DNA of 64,000 nt from a virus (IMGVR_UViG_3300041411_000102:1-64000), one strand, 5' to 3'. Positions 9,081 to 18,981 are shown, counted from the stretch's first letter. Numbers and translations are program-made. The notes: generated by a model from the letters alone, not told the origin.

Positions 9081-9287
9081 TCAAAAAGATGTCTTGCAGT
9101 AAACACCAAAACGAGAATTATCCTGAGCCAAACCAGCACCAATCATGAGTGTACAAGGAAGACATTCATCTGGAGTAAGAGCCCACATCTCTTCAGCGTA
9201 CAAACCAATACTTCTTTCACTCCAACCTTCCCGACGTTGAATGTCAGCAACTACAAGCAATTGGTATTCGAATTCTTGACGTGTCAT
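9081..9287 (-). CDS. Hypothetical small protein with a CxxC motif
   Basis: Tracked ORF containing 'ECLPC'. Confidence 0.4.
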   Translation of the reverse strand: MTRQEFEYQLLVVADIQRREGWSERSIGLYAEEMWALTPDECLPCTLMIGAGLAQDNSRFGVYCKTSF

Positions 9288-9302
9288 TTATAAAGCTCCA
9301 AT

Positions 9303-9341
9303 TAAAAGAAAACCCTACAGAACATCTCTGCTCTTGTAGGG
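9303..9341 (-). terminator. Rho-independent terminator on the minus strand
   Basis: Minus-strand stem CCCTACA-loop-TGTAGGG followed by TTTTCTTTT. Confidence 0.6.
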
Positions 9342-9368
9342 TAAAGTGTATCACATCAGATTATCGTG

Positions 9369-9560
9369 TCAAGCTTTGTTAAGGCAGTTTTTACACATAC
9401 AAGCGTCGTTCAGATCCAACCCTTTACTCTGCACACTGAAGCACCAGCAGACATTCTTTCCTAGCATAATGTCGCATCTAACCGGCATTTCACATCGAGG
9501 ACAAGAGTGAGATACGTTCGATTGTGTACCGACCTTTTCCATTAGTTCAATGTAGTCCAT
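9369..9560 (-). CDS. Small Cys-rich protein, zinc-ribbon-like
   Basis: Nine Cys in 63 aa, including 'CPRC' and 'CKNC'. Confidence 0.45.
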   Translation of the reverse strand: MDYIELMEKVGTQSNVSHSCPRCEMPVRCDIMLGKNVCWCFSVQSKGLDLNDACMCKNCLNKA

Positions 9561-11779
9561 TAAAAGCTAATCTCACATACGCCACCTGCACAGGCTTGAC
9601 TTCCCATTGTATCAACTTCAGTGTAGCTTTGTTGAGAAAGATCTTTGGAGAAGTCCACATCAACGAATTCATTATTGATTCCAACCCATTTGTGCAGATT
9701 GTGACAATCCTTGAGCATAAAGGTAAGTTTCATAACATCCTCATCAAAGTTCTTTTCTGCAAACTTCTTAACTCGACGTACCCAATCTCGTTTCAGCAAG
9801 TCCCGTGCATCATCTGGATCAAGTTTCAATCCAAAACCAAGTGCTGTATCACAAGCCATCCAGAGGTTATTACCAAATGCTTGCAATGCACCAACAACCA
9901 ACCCAGATGCAAACATTGAGCTATCCCCATACATGTCCACAATCTGTTGTGCTGTGAACACTTCAGTGAATGGAGCTTGAGCATATGCACGATCACCCAT
10001 AGAACTGAGAAGAGAGATACCAGCAAACCATTTACGGTTGTTGTAGATGTACTCCTCAACTTCATCCCAATCATCAACTGTAATAGTGTTACTTACGTTG
10101 TGACGAAGATCAGGGTCAACACAAAGTTCGTAGTTAGTACCATGTTCAATCCAATATTGCTGAGCAGTTTTTACATAGTCAAGCTGCTTCACACCCATCA
10201 AATCAGACTTGTAAATACTACCCTCTTTACTTTCAACAGGGAAGCTGACTACAACATCTGTCCCGTTACTACTCCACACAGAAGGCTCAACCATCTTAGG
10301 GTTGGTTTTAGTGATGATACGAGTAACTTCATCACCTACGTTCATCTGTACATTACGGAGATACTTAGGGCTGTGTTCCCCGTGAATACCAGAAGCTGTA
10401 CCAAGAATAACAGAAGCATTACCACTTGGTTTAACTGCTGTGCAGCGAGCAGATTGGTTAATGCCCAACATCTTAGCGACAATTTTATTAATTGCTTTTA
10501 CTTCATTAGCAGCAGCAATCATATTCTCATGGTTAAACATGACATCGGGGTTGTTCATCCAACCAGTCAGACTTACACCGAGCAAAGCCTCTTTCTCTGT
10601 AATTCGTCGTGTTGCATCAGAGAGATATTTAAAGTTTGTATAGCCCGCTTGAAGAGTACCAAGAATTGCACCTGCTTTGGCTACTCGCATCAAAGAAGCT
10701 AGATCAACACACTTACTACCATTTCCTTCGACAAGATTACAGAATTGAAAGCCTGATTCACCATTCTCTGCAACTGGCAACATGCCAATTTCTACGCAAG
10801 GGTTAAAGCAAAACTCTTTGTTCTCTGTGAAGATAAAGCCGGGTTCACCAAAGTCTTTAACAGACTTCATAATGTTAGCCCACTCTTCACGACTCAGTTC
10901 ATCACGTACAAGCATCACAGAGTTATTACTACGACCACGTTGAGGGTTATCAACAAACCAATCACCAGTCTTGGCTTTCAACATCAACTCATCATCTTTA
11001 TCAAACATACAGATGGTTGCAGACCGGCGAACACCACCACTCAAAACAGCATCAGACATGTGCATAACAAAGTCATAGGCTGTGATGGTAGGAACGCTAA
11101 CAGCTTCTGTTTTCCCCTCAACTAGTGCTTCCAGCAACGCTTCACACTTAACCAACGCACTACGCAAACCATCTGGACCGGGAGCCTTAAAACCACCGGA
11201 AATCAAAGCCCCTTTAGGACGAATCTTGTTGAAATCAAAGTGTACTTGGCAACCTTTGTATTCAAGGAAGCTGCCACCATCTACAAAGTAGCTACTGAAC
11301 AGTACACCAAAAGCATCAGCCCAACCTTCAATTGTATCTGGAACTTGGAATACTTTTACTTTCTTCTCATAACGCTTGTGTACTTGTGGAAGTTTTGCAA
11401 TGTGATGGGACTGAACAGAGAAGCCAACACCACAACCACACAGCAGAAGGTACATACACTCTTGAAAGAATGTTGCACGATCACAATGAGATACAGAGCA
11501 GTTATACATACGAGCTTCATGTTTAAACAGTTGCTCACCACCGAACTGCAATGCTCGTTGTGCCCCCAATACAGCTTTGTCTTTGTAAGCTTGTTCTGCA
11601 AAAGCAATATATTCTTCAAGTTCTGGTGTCATTACAGAAGCGTACTTTTGACGGTGCATATTCATTACACGAGAAACAGATTCTTCCCATGTTTCGTATC
11701 CACCTTTAACTTCATCCCAACGAGAATAACCCATGTAGAACTTAGAGGACGACATCATATTTTTGCCAGCGGTATTCAA
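9560..11779 (-). CDS. Ribonucleotide reductase large subunit, about 739 aa, probably the monomeric class II NrdJ type
   Basis: Finger-loop 'NPCVEIGM' and a C-terminal Cys pair. No NrdB seen in the window. The TTG start sits 7 nt after a strong AAGGAG RBS. Confidence 0.7.
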   Translation of the reverse strand: MNTAGKNMMSSSKFYMGYSRWDEVKGGYETWEESVSRVMNMHRQKYASVMTPELEEYIAFAEQAYKDKAVLGAQRALQFGGEQLFKHEARMYNCSVSHCDRATFFQECMYLLLCGCGVGFSVQSHHIAKLPQVHKRYEKKVKVFQVPDTIEGWADAFGVLFSSYFVDGGSFLEYKGCQVHFDFNKIRPKGALISGGFKAPGPDGLRSALVKCEALLEALVEGKTEAVSVPTITAYDFVMHMSDAVLSGGVRRSATICMFDKDDELMLKAKTGDWFVDNPQRGRSNNSVMLVRDELSREEWANIMKSVKDFGEPGFIFTENKEFCFNPCVEIGMLPVAENGESGFQFCNLVEGNGSKCVDLASLMRVAKAGAILGTLQAGYTNFKYLSDATRRITEKEALLGVSLTGWMNNPDVMFNHENMIAAANEVKAINKIVAKMLGINQSARCTAVKPSGNASVILGTASGIHGEHSPKYLRNVQMNVGDEVTRIITKTNPKMVEPSVWSSNGTDVVVSFPVESKEGSIYKSDLMGVKQLDYVKTAQQYWIEHGTNYELCVDPDLRHNVSNTITVDDWDEVEEYIYNNRKWFAGISLLSSMGDRAYAQAPFTEVFTAQQIVDMYGDSSMFASGLVVGALQAFGNNLWMACDTALGFGLKLDPDDARDLLKRDWVRRVKKFAEKNFDEDVMKLTFMLKDCHNLHKWVGINNEFVDVDFSKDLSQQSYTEVDTMGSQACAGGVCEISF

Positions 11780-11789
11780 TTGTTACTCC

Positions 11790-12425
11790 TTAGATATTAA
11801 AAGTTTCTTTTCCTAGAGCGATGTCTAGTTTTAAATTAATTGCACGAATCTTGATTGCATCATATGCTCTCTGATTTAGCTGAGAGTCTTTTGAGTATTC
11901 ATCCAGACGGCGTAAGAATACATCATATTTAGCTTGTTGCCAAGTTTTATGAGCTTCATTTTGTGTAGTGAAGTGTCCTAAGTTCTTTTGAATTTGATCT
12001 TTGTTTCTCTTGTCCTTAATAGAAGCCCGGAATATCTTTGAGCGACCTTTAGCAATTTGATCTTTCAACAGAGATACTCCCAAAGGCCACTTACCTCTGA
12101 TTGCTTTACTAGTTACGAGAAGGGTGTTGATATAGGATGGAACAAATACTGTAGTATCAGGACTATAAATATTATTTCCTTTCACAAGAATGTCTTTATC
12201 TAAGTCCAGACCTTTCCAATTTTGTTGCTCCATCCAAGCCTTGAAAGTACTTGCAGTCTTCCACTCTTCACAAACTGTTGTGTCTTTGTAAGTCGGATGC
12301 CGTTCTTTCTCCCTGTCAGAAAAGCCTCTTCGAAGCATCTCAAGCCAAGTGTTGTAGAAAGGACATTTAGCAACAACATAGTCTAGGTCATTAATTCCAA
12401 CTCCATAAATTAGTTTTCTTGACAC
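11790..12425 (-). CDS. Homing-endonuclease-like protein, 'LDKDIL...YSPxTCxFVP' family, paralogue 1
   Basis: Shares W..F..W and 'GLDLDKDILVKGNNIYSPDTTVFVP' motifs with the ORFs at 20860, 27628, 44491 and 60512. Confidence 0.55.
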   Translation of the reverse strand: MSRKLIYGVGINDLDYVVAKCPFYNTWLEMLRRGFSDREKERHPTYKDTTVCEEWKTASTFKAWMEQQNWKGLDLDKDILVKGNNIYSPDTTVFVPSYINTLLVTSKAIRGKWPLGVSLLKDQIAKGRSKIFRASIKDKRNKDQIQKNLGHFTTQNEAHKTWQQAKYDVFLRRLDEYSKDSQLNQRAYDAIKIRAINLKLDIALGKETFNI

Positions 12426-12434
12426 TTTATCTCC

Positions 12435-12836
12435 TTAAAATTCACTAGCCAATTGTTCAACCGTCTTAACTGTATCACATTTACCAAACCCAAACTTATT
12501 CATTCCACTAAGCATGTTTTGCAAAGAGATATCACCACAATTACGAATCTGATCTTCAATACTCATACCCGATTCTTTCCAAACTTTATCTTGCCGTTCC
12601 GAGAAGGAGAATCGAGGACCATACTCAACTTTCTGTGTGAGTCGTGTGCGGTGGGTATTAATCTCTACTTCATAACCATTTTCTAGATCAACTCCAAAGC
12701 TGTAAAGAATTGCATCTACTTTTTCTTTATCTTGTGCTTTCCAAGCTTCTTGCCATTCAGGGTGTTGCTCAACATCTACAAAGGAAAGGTATTGATCATA
12801 TTCACTTACCGGGAAATTAAAATTATTACCGCTCAT
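12435..12836 (-). CDS. Hypothetical protein
   Basis: Tracked ORF. Confidence 0.5.
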   Translation of the reverse strand: MSGNNFNFPVSEYDQYLSFVDVEQHPEWQEAWKAQDKEKVDAILYSFGVDLENGYEVEINTHRTRLTQKVEYGPRFSFSERQDKVWKESGMSIEDQIRNCGDISLQNMLSGMNKFGFGKCDTVKTVEQLASEF

Positions 12837-13030
12837 ACTTCTACCCCATTAGCCAAATCTTCTTGAAAGTATTCAAATGCCGAAACATCATTATTTAGTG
12901 CCAACTCAATATCTTCGATAGTGTCCACGATGTACCTACTCGATTCTGAGATTGACATACCAAGTCGTACCATATAAAGATTCTGAAGCTCTTGGATAAA
13001 GTTGGAAATTGTGTATTCGTTATTAATCAT
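12833..13030 (-). CDS. Hypothetical small protein
   Basis: Tracked ORF with an ATGA overlap. Confidence 0.4.
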   Translation of the reverse strand: MINNEYTISNFIQELQNLYMVRLGMSISESSRYIVDTIEDIELALNNDVSAFEYFQEDLANGVEV

Positions 13031-13031
13031 T

Positions 13032-13472
13032 TTATTTCTCCTCAGCCTTTAAGAATCGACCATTTACTGTGCTTCTGTTATTTTCAGGTTTCAATCCATT
13101 AAGAATAGCGTGGATCGTATTTTCTCCTGCTGTTACCCATTCCAGATTGTACAGGTTATTGTTAGTCTTGTCTCCGTCTTTATGATTAACATATTCTTTA
13201 TTTTCTGGGTTAGATATGAACGCTTTTGCAACTAGTCTATGTACTCTGTGAGTTGTTACTTTACCTTCCTTAGCCAGCCTAACAGTAAGGTAGCCAGTAC
13301 CGTGTAAGGAAGATTTACGCTCTAGTTGAGGTACAAATTGTTTAACTAGTCCGTGTGGGGACATTCTATCAACCCAACGCTCTAAACTTATTACAATGCC
13401 ATCTTCACGTATCTGATACAGCCCCTCAAACCCTTCAATGTCCTTTGAAATCATTATACACATTACCTTCAA
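13032..13472 (-). CDS. HNH homing endonuclease, HNH_3/NUMOD-type
   Basis: 'HRVHRLVAKAFISNPENKEYVNHKDGDKTNNNLYNLEWVTAGEN'. Inserted just downstream of thyX and overlaps its 3' end. Confidence 0.75.
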   Translation of the reverse strand: MKVMCIMISKDIEGFEGLYQIREDGIVISLERWVDRMSPHGLVKQFVPQLERKSSLHGTGYLTVRLAKEGKVTTHRVHRLVAKAFISNPENKEYVNHKDGDKTNNNLYNLEWVTAGENTIHAILNGLKPENNRSTVNGRFLKAEEK

Positions 13473-14331
13473 TTAGTTGACGAAACTGGATAAAGCCTTT
13501 CAAGTTACCACTCCACATATTACCTTCTTTATCCATATGGGTCATGCCATCTTCCCACAAATACTTGTCTGTTTGCTGTGGCTCTTTCATAGGACTAGCG
13601 CAGTGTTCGAACGGCGATGCGTGAACAGGTGTAGATTCTACCAGACGTTGATAAACTTTACGAGCCTTTTCAATACTATCATCAAGCAATCTGTAACTTA
13701 CTTGAGCACAGCAGCTAGAGCTAATCGCAAGTGCATCTTCTAGGGTAATTCCACAACCTTTTAGCCAGTATCCATCACCAAAGTAGGGCGTATGCCAGTC
13801 TCCCGGTTGAAGCGTTACAACACTACTTTCCTTCATTGCTTGGTACATCCGCTCAGCAAGTTCTTTAATTTCTGGTTGTGCATCTTCGTGCTTACGCAAC
13901 CAGAAGAAGTTATCAAACTCTGTACTAGTTAGAACAGTTTTCATCAGTTGGAACGGTTCAAGGATACGATTTACAATTTGTTTATGAGCGCCTTGAGCCG
14001 ACATTTGTTTAGCATTATATGAAACTTCATTTGCAGCGTCTTTCCACAGAGCTTGTACTACATCCAACTCATACCCACTAAGCTCTTCTTTAGCTTGCAT
14101 ACCACTCTGGTTTTTACCCCAATGAACCGGAGTTGCGGGATCATTTTCTACTTGAGTAATCATCTTTTCAACTGGAACAGCCCGACTACTCATTGCATTG
14201 CGACTAAACAACCGGTGAGTCATGATCTCCGAGTGTATGAACCTAGGATACTCCAGCTCAAAAGTAGTGATACGCTTCCCGTTTACAGCACTATAGCTGT
14301 CAGCTATGATTTTTGCTTTAATTTGACTCAA
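13435..14331 (-). CDS. thyX: Flavin-dependent thymidylate synthase ThyX
   Basis: ThyX signature 'HRLFSRNAMSSRAVP', matching RHRxxSxxxxSxR. Confidence 0.85.
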   Translation of the reverse strand: MSQIKAKIIADSYSAVNGKRITTFELEYPRFIHSEIMTHRLFSRNAMSSRAVPVEKMITQVENDPATPVHWGKNQSGMQAKEELSGYELDVVQALWKDAANEVSYNAKQMSAQGAHKQIVNRILEPFQLMKTVLTSTEFDNFFWLRKHEDAQPEIKELAERMYQAMKESSVVTLQPGDWHTPYFGDGYWLKGCGITLEDALAISSSCCAQVSYRLLDDSIEKARKVYQRLVESTPVHASPFEHCASPMKEPQQTDKYLWEDGMTHMDKEGNMWSGNLKGFIQFRQLIEGNVYNDFKGH

Positions 14332-14959
14332 TTTGTTTAACTCCTTTATTTAATCTTGCTGAATTACAAGAGAAGCATGCCATTGTAATGTTGTTTGCAG
14401 AATGCAGTCCACCACTAGAGAGTTCAATAATGTGTTCAAGTGTCCTATCATCTTCTTCTGTAAACTCTTTACACCAGTAACAAAGTTCTTCTGAATAAAT
14501 CGATTCTATGAAAGCATCAGTTACTGTACCATCTTCGGTGACCTTAATCAAGCTACGTCTATTAAATTGGTTGATCCGATGTAGCGTTCTCCACCTATTT
14601 CGATTAGCGTCCCTGTATGCCTGAGTGCGGATTTTAGCCTTCTCTTTATCATAGTATTTCTCCTTAGCACAAGATTTACAATAAGATGATAGATTTGCCG
14701 AACCCCTTTTGGCGGGAGGAAACTCTTTAAAAGGAAACATCTCCTTACAGCAAGCACACTGCTTCATTTCGTTATCAAAATCTACAACAGATTTTTCTAG
14801 CTTATTGTACCCAAGCCTTTCTCTATTAGCTACTACTCTACAATCCGTGCACCAACTATTTCTGTACCTAACAGATCCATCTTCATTTCTTTTAGTTACG
14901 GAGAAATTTTCAAGAGCCTTAATTTCTAAACACTTCGTACAGCATTTATTCTCTATCAT
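14318..14959 (-). CDS. HNH endonuclease with N-terminal Cys-rich zinc-finger repeats
   Basis: C-terminal 'EHIIELSSGGLHSANNITMACFSCNSAR' is an HNH motif. Several CxxC pairs lie N-terminal. Confidence 0.7.
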   Translation of the reverse strand: MIENKCCTKCLEIKALENFSVTKRNEDGSVRYRNSWCTDCRVVANRERLGYNKLEKSVVDFDNEMKQCACCKEMFPFKEFPPAKRGSANLSSYCKSCAKEKYYDKEKAKIRTQAYRDANRNRWRTLHRINQFNRRSLIKVTEDGTVTDAFIESIYSEELCYWCKEFTEEDDRTLEHIIELSSGGLHSANNITMACFSCNSARLNKGVKQIESN

Positions 14960-15125
14960 ATTCCTTATCTTTCAAATACTGCTTAAACTCTACCCAATTC
15001 GGGATATCTGGGAAGTAGACATAAGCCAAGCCAGACGACATAATTGTATCATAGTCTTCCTCGGTTTTGATCACATCTTCCCACTTTAATTTTGGTCTGT
15101 CTGTTGGAACGTTTGCGTGGATCAT
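14946..15125 (-). CDS. Small hypothetical protein (59 aa), missed by the ORF cutoff
   Basis: Translated by hand as MIHANVPTDRPKLKWEDVIK.... ATGA overlap with the MazG-like gene. Confidence 0.35.
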   Translation of the reverse strand: MIHANVPTDRPKLKWEDVIKTEEDYDTIMSSGLAYVYFPDIPNWVEFKQYLKDKEYDRE

Positions 15126-15601
15126 AGAAACTCCTTACTGACATACTGCTCAAGCGTAGGTCGCTTATGGTCAGCAAGCTTCATCACTTTACCATCTTCC
15201 GAACGTTTAACACAATAAAGAGTTTCACCTTCGTAAACAGTTTGATCAATATAACACTTAGTTCCTAATGCATCTAGTACTTCTTTACTCATTAGTGCAT
15301 AAGTGTAGCTGGTAGTAATCTTACTTGTGTTATTCTCACAAACACTTGCAAGAGCTTTCTTTGTATCACAGCCAAATGAGTAAAGAAGATGTTCAAGCCA
15401 CGTGTTGAGGTACTGAACGTCACAATAGGCGTCAAGTGCTTCAGTCATATCTTCTTGGTCACAAGCTTCGACCAATTCATTTGCTTCTTCTAAAATTAAC
15501 TTAGCTTGTAGTTTCAGTTGCTTCCATGCCTCGTAATCATTCCCCATGGAAGGTTGATTGTTAATACCATAGTTGAAGCGCAATACATCTTTCTTTGACA
15601 C
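15122..15601 (-). CDS. MazG-like nucleotide pyrophosphohydrolase
   Basis: All-alpha sequence with 'EEANELVEA', an EExxE pattern. Confidence 0.45.
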   Translation of the reverse strand: MSKKDVLRFNYGINNQPSMGNDYEAWKQLKLQAKLILEEANELVEACDQEDMTEALDAYCDVQYLNTWLEHLLYSFGCDTKKALASVCENNTSKITTSYTYALMSKEVLDALGTKCYIDQTVYEGETLYCVKRSEDGKVMKLADHKRPTLEQYVSKEFL

Positions 15602-15614
15602 GATCTCTCCTTAA

Positions 15615-16055
15615 TTATTTCAAATATTCTTTGCAAAACTTAGGAACATCAAATGTGTTCCAATCTTTATATTTACCCTGACCAAAATGAATCCTCTTAT
15701 CTGCATCGAACTTGGTAAGATTATCCTCTAAATCATCCACCATTGCAACAAGAGAATCATTCAGAATCCATTTCTCATGTGTACCAACAAAGCCAGTCAT
15801 AAAAGGAAAGTGCTTCTTTAGGAAATACACTTTCGATCTGTGATGATTACCTTTCAATCGGCTTACAAACACTATACCAAAGTATTTACTAAGTTGCTCA
15901 AGTTTTTCTACAGCACCCTCCATTGGAACAAGATTGTCGTAAAGGTTTTCATCTCGCCAGAAGTCTAGTGGATCTTCCAAGTGAGGTGACGCTTGTCTGT
16001 AAAGGGTGAGTGTGTCTACAACTACGCCGTCGACATCAATACCTAGAAGTCTCAT
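15615..16055 (-). CDS. HAD-family 5'(3')-deoxyribonucleotidase
   Basis: N-terminal 'LGIDVDGVVVD' is the DxDGV motif. About 146 aa. Confidence 0.65.
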   Translation of the reverse strand: MRLLGIDVDGVVVDTLTLYRQASPHLEDPLDFWRDENLYDNLVPMEGAVEKLEQLSKYFGIVFVSRLKGNHHRSKVYFLKKHFPFMTGFVGTHEKWILNDSLVAMVDDLEDNLTKFDADKRIHFGQGKYKDWNTFDVPKFCKEYLK

Positions 16056-16591
16056 TTAATCTTCCCTGTCAACACAAGTTCAAGCTCAGCAAGTACGTTG
16101 AACGCGGTATGTGCCAGATGAACAATATTACTCTCTTCATCAGTCCGATCAATAGCTGGAATACCTTGAGCTTTCTGAATAAACCCCTTCACTCGATGAC
16201 GACTAGCCGCAGCAGAGAACTCAGTTTCGGCGTTAGGCAAGGACTTCCAATCATGAGGCTTATAACCTTTGTTCTCTGCTGCCCATGTCATTACCTTTGC
16301 AACTTCAGTAATTGCGTTGGGGAAACCTGAATCAAACAAATCCATTTGTACTTTACCAACTTTGCGTTCTTCTAGGATTGGCCGCACGATTGCAGATGTT
16401 TTACCAACACTTAGAAGTTCCAATTCGTTTTCGTGAAATAATTCAGATCGTCCTTGATCATCTCGTACAGAATACACGAACACATTTCCACAGTTTACTT
16501 CAACAGTCCCGATAAACCCTTCAGGAACGTTTGGTGTATCTTCCACTGAAATAACCCTATCTCCGGCAGTGAACTTATTTACAATCGTCAT
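16052..16591 (-). CDS. Putative dATP/dGTP pyrophosphohydrolase, MazG-like C-terminus
   Basis: C-terminal 'ENKGYKPHDW...AASRHRVKGF...IVHLAHTAFN' recalls phage dNTP diphosphohydrolases. Weak call. Confidence 0.35.
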   Translation of the reverse strand: MTIVNKFTAGDRVISVEDTPNVPEGFIGTVEVNCGNVFVYSVRDDQGRSELFHENELELLSVGKTSAIVRPILEERKVGKVQMDLFDSGFPNAITEVAKVMTWAAENKGYKPHDWKSLPNAETEFSAAASRHRVKGFIQKAQGIPAIDRTDEESNIVHLAHTAFNVLAELELVLTGKIK

Positions 16592-16730
16592 TCGATACAG
16601 CCTCCTTCAATCGTTTAATCTGCTCAAGCATATCCGCTTGCTGTTGTTTGAGAGTATATAACTCCTTAGTCAACCCGTCAACCTCAATCTGAAGCTGGTC
16701 AACGGCTTTTAGTAGTTTATAATTTTCCAA

Positions 16731-17039
16731 TTAAAGCCCCGTTACTTTAGCAATCCATTTACCAAGCTTACTGTGCTGATTAATTCCTGCCTCACCTGTA
16801 AACAACCACAGAAATGGAGCACATACAGCCCAAATAGGAAGCATCCAGAGTGTGTTGAGACGATTAGCTACTGTACGTTTTGTATAGACATCATCATAGT
16901 AATATACTCGATACTCACTGTTATCCTCAAACAAGAACTCTAACAGACCTTCTGGTGTTTGTGGAAGATATTTATTTTCTTTAAATTCAGCCAGTAGTTT
17001 GTATTTATATGCTTCGTGTACTCGGTTGTGAATGCTCAT
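16731..17039 (-). CDS. Hypothetical membrane-anchored protein
   Basis: Tracked ORF with a C-terminal hydrophobic segment. Confidence 0.45.
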   Translation of the reverse strand: MSIHNRVHEAYKYKLLAEFKENKYLPQTPEGLLEFLFEDNSEYRVYYYDDVYTKRTVANRLNTLWMLPIWAVCAPFLWLFTGEAGINQHSKLGKWIAKVTGL

Positions 17040-17593
17040 TTCCCGTGCCTCTCTGTGAAATTACCTTGACTGTCTTCCCAGTCTTTACGAGCTTTCTTAG
17101 CCTCATCTAGTGTATCAAATTGGCCTATATACTCCCTGACAAATTGACCCTCAACAACCATATTACCTCGTGCTATCCATTTGCCATTATCTTTCCTAAA
17201 ATTAACCCCGTTAACACCGGAGCTATTATTCTTTGATATACTAGCATTACGGGCATTGACCTGTCTAGGAACATCTCGCAGATTGGCTATTTTATTATTC
17301 AACCCATCTCCGTCCCAGTGGTCAATATCACCACTGGGCCAAACACCGTAATGTAAAAACCAAGCAACCCTGTGAGCTTTATGCTTAGTATCGTTGATCC
17401 TTACATTAGTATAGGTTGATTCACCATAATCACATTGACCAATTATCTCCTTACCTGCAAACAAAGTGTGCCACCGTTTCATGGCACTTTCTGTTTTAAA
17501 GTGATAGCTTGGTCTGTGATCTTTCCAAAATAACTTGCCAGTCAAAGGGTCATATGTAATCGACTCCTTTATGATTTGGTCAATATTTTGCAT
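17036..17593 (-). CDS. HNH homing endonuclease (HNH_3)
   Basis: 'HRVAWFLHYGVWPSGDIDHWDGDGLNNKIANL'. Start moved to the ATG at 17593 so it does not overlap the upstream gene. Confidence 0.65.
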   Translation of the reverse strand: MQNIDQIIKESITYDPLTGKLFWKDHRPSYHFKTESAMKRWHTLFAGKEIIGQCDYGESTYTNVRINDTKHKAHRVAWFLHYGVWPSGDIDHWDGDGLNNKIANLRDVPRQVNARNASISKNNSSGVNGVNFRKDNGKWIARGNMVVEGQFVREYIGQFDTLDEAKKARKDWEDSQGNFTERHGK

Positions 17594-18482
17594 GAATCCA
17601 CCGAGCATTTTTATCCATAACCATTGGTTCCAAAACAGGCATAGAGTCAATGATTAGTCCGGTCCCCAGAATCGGCCTTTTAATATTTACATTGTTGTAA
17701 TTGAATGCAAGTTTGTCATCATCAATCAAACAACCACACTGCATACCCCAATAAAGTCCTGTACTATTGCCCCAGTAATCAATCTTAAATGTCTCATGGT
17801 AGTGGCCTTGCGATGCATTCATGCCCATCTGCTGACTAAGTTGGATAATATTACTTGTCTTCCCGTGATGCATGTAGCACTTCTGACCATTTGGGAGATC
17901 TACAGTAAGATCAAAGCTCCACTTCCATCCACTATCTACAACCAACACTTCGTTATACGATTTTATGTAGTGTTTTGGAATACCAAACACCTTAGCCTTA
18001 CGCCACACCAAACTACCATGATTACTTTCAAGAATATCCATCTTTGGAAAGATCTTAAATAACTCTGCAATCACAGGCAAAGCTTGACGAATCTCATCAC
18101 CAGCGCTTGGCAGATCTGGGTCACTATCGTGAAAGCTCAGGGCGTGACCATCAACCTCATCACCCAAACAGATAACACGGGTGGGATTGTACTTATCTTT
18201 CAAATGTTTCAAGAAAGCAATAGCATCTTGGTGATGATAAGGAATGTGCAAATCACTGATCAACAAAATTCGACTGTTGTCATGTTCAACAGAGTCATTC
18301 TTACGGACAGAATAAGTTTCTGAAGAACGGCGGTTGTCCACAACAACTTGGCTGAACTCTTTGCGCAAGTAATCAGAAACAGTGGACTTACTTACATCAA
18401 GAAGTTCTGCAATCTTCCTCCAACTTTTACCTGTCTTTGCTAGCTCAATTGCTTTTTCTTTCCATTCGCTCAAAACTATCAC
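17580..18482 (-). CDS. HTH-fused PPP-family metallophosphoesterase, lambda Ser/Thr phosphatase-like
   Basis: N-terminal HTH 'WRKIAELLDVSKSTVSDYL'. Phosphoesterase motifs 'DLHIP', 'GDEVDG' and 'SNHG'. Confidence 0.6.
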   Translation of the reverse strand: MIVLSEWKEKAIELAKTGKSWRKIAELLDVSKSTVSDYLRKEFSQVVVDNRRSSETYSVRKNDSVEHDNSRILLISDLHIPYHHQDAIAFLKHLKDKYNPTRVICLGDEVDGHALSFHDSDPDLPSAGDEIRQALPVIAELFKIFPKMDILESNHGSLVWRKAKVFGIPKHYIKSYNEVLVVDSGWKWSFDLTVDLPNGQKCYMHHGKTSNIIQLSQQMGMNASQGHYHETFKIDYWGNSTGLYWGMQCGCLIDDDKLAFNYNNVNIKRPILGTGLIIDSMPVLEPMVMDKNARWIHAKY

Positions 18483-18661
18483 TCCTGATCTTTAATAGTG
18501 AAAGACTGTGTACTTTCTGAGTCAAAACAGTCTAGAGAATATGTTGCATAACACAGGTTATTTCGAAAGCACTTCACAAACCCATTACCAATAATAATTT
18601 CATCATACTGGGATTTACCCAGTATTGTAGATTTGCCGGCGTTCAATAATTCAGTTTTCAT
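18479..18661 (-). CDS. Hypothetical small protein
   Basis: Tracked ORF. Confidence 0.4.
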   Translation of the reverse strand: MKTELLNAGKSTILGKSQYDEIIIGNGFVKCFRNNLCYATYSLDCFDSESTQSFTIKDQE

Positions 18662-18884
18662 TTAATCTCTCCTTCAATTTAACTATAAGAGTATACAACT
18701 CCAAATTCATCTGCAAAACAGTGTCAAGTATCTCCTGTTTCTCATAAGCGTTGTACTTCACAAATTCATCAGAAATAACTTCATTACGCAGTTTCCAGTA
18801 TGTAAGTGGATCGACTTCAACAGTGATTTCTCCAACCTTTAAAGGCTTCTTCGGAAACATATCTATAACACTTCCCATACCCAC
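18651..18884 (-). CDS. Hypothetical small protein
   Basis: Tracked ORF. Confidence 0.4.
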   Translation of the reverse strand: MGMGSVIDMFPKKPLKVGEITVEVDPLTYWKLRNEVISDEFVKYNAYEKQEILDTVLQMNLELYTLIVKLKERLNEN

Positions 18885-18981
18885 CTCTCAAGCTAAACAC
18901 CAAGTTGTTGTGTCCAGATGTTGAAATAAACACTAAACTGAATAAATTCACACCAGAAGATTGCTGTCCAATAATCTTTAA

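Noticed and set aside
9081-9287. NrdH/glutaredoxin-like redoxin next to the RNR
   Set aside because: A CxxC is present ('ECLPC'), but it sits mid-protein and not in the N-terminal thioredoxin-fold position. I did not call it a redoxin.
9826-11800. Several long plus-strand ORFs tracked inside the RNR gene, such as 9947..10702 and 11240..11800
   Set aside because: They are antisense to a confidently identified 739 aa RNR gene, with no RBS and no recognisable domains. They are reading-frame shadows of an AT-rich coding region.
16575-16730. Possible TTG-start 51 aa coiled-coil ORF between 16052..16591 and 16731..17039
   Set aside because: It has only a TTG start and no clear RBS. It may be real, since its stop makes an ATGA overlap, but the evidence is too thin to call.
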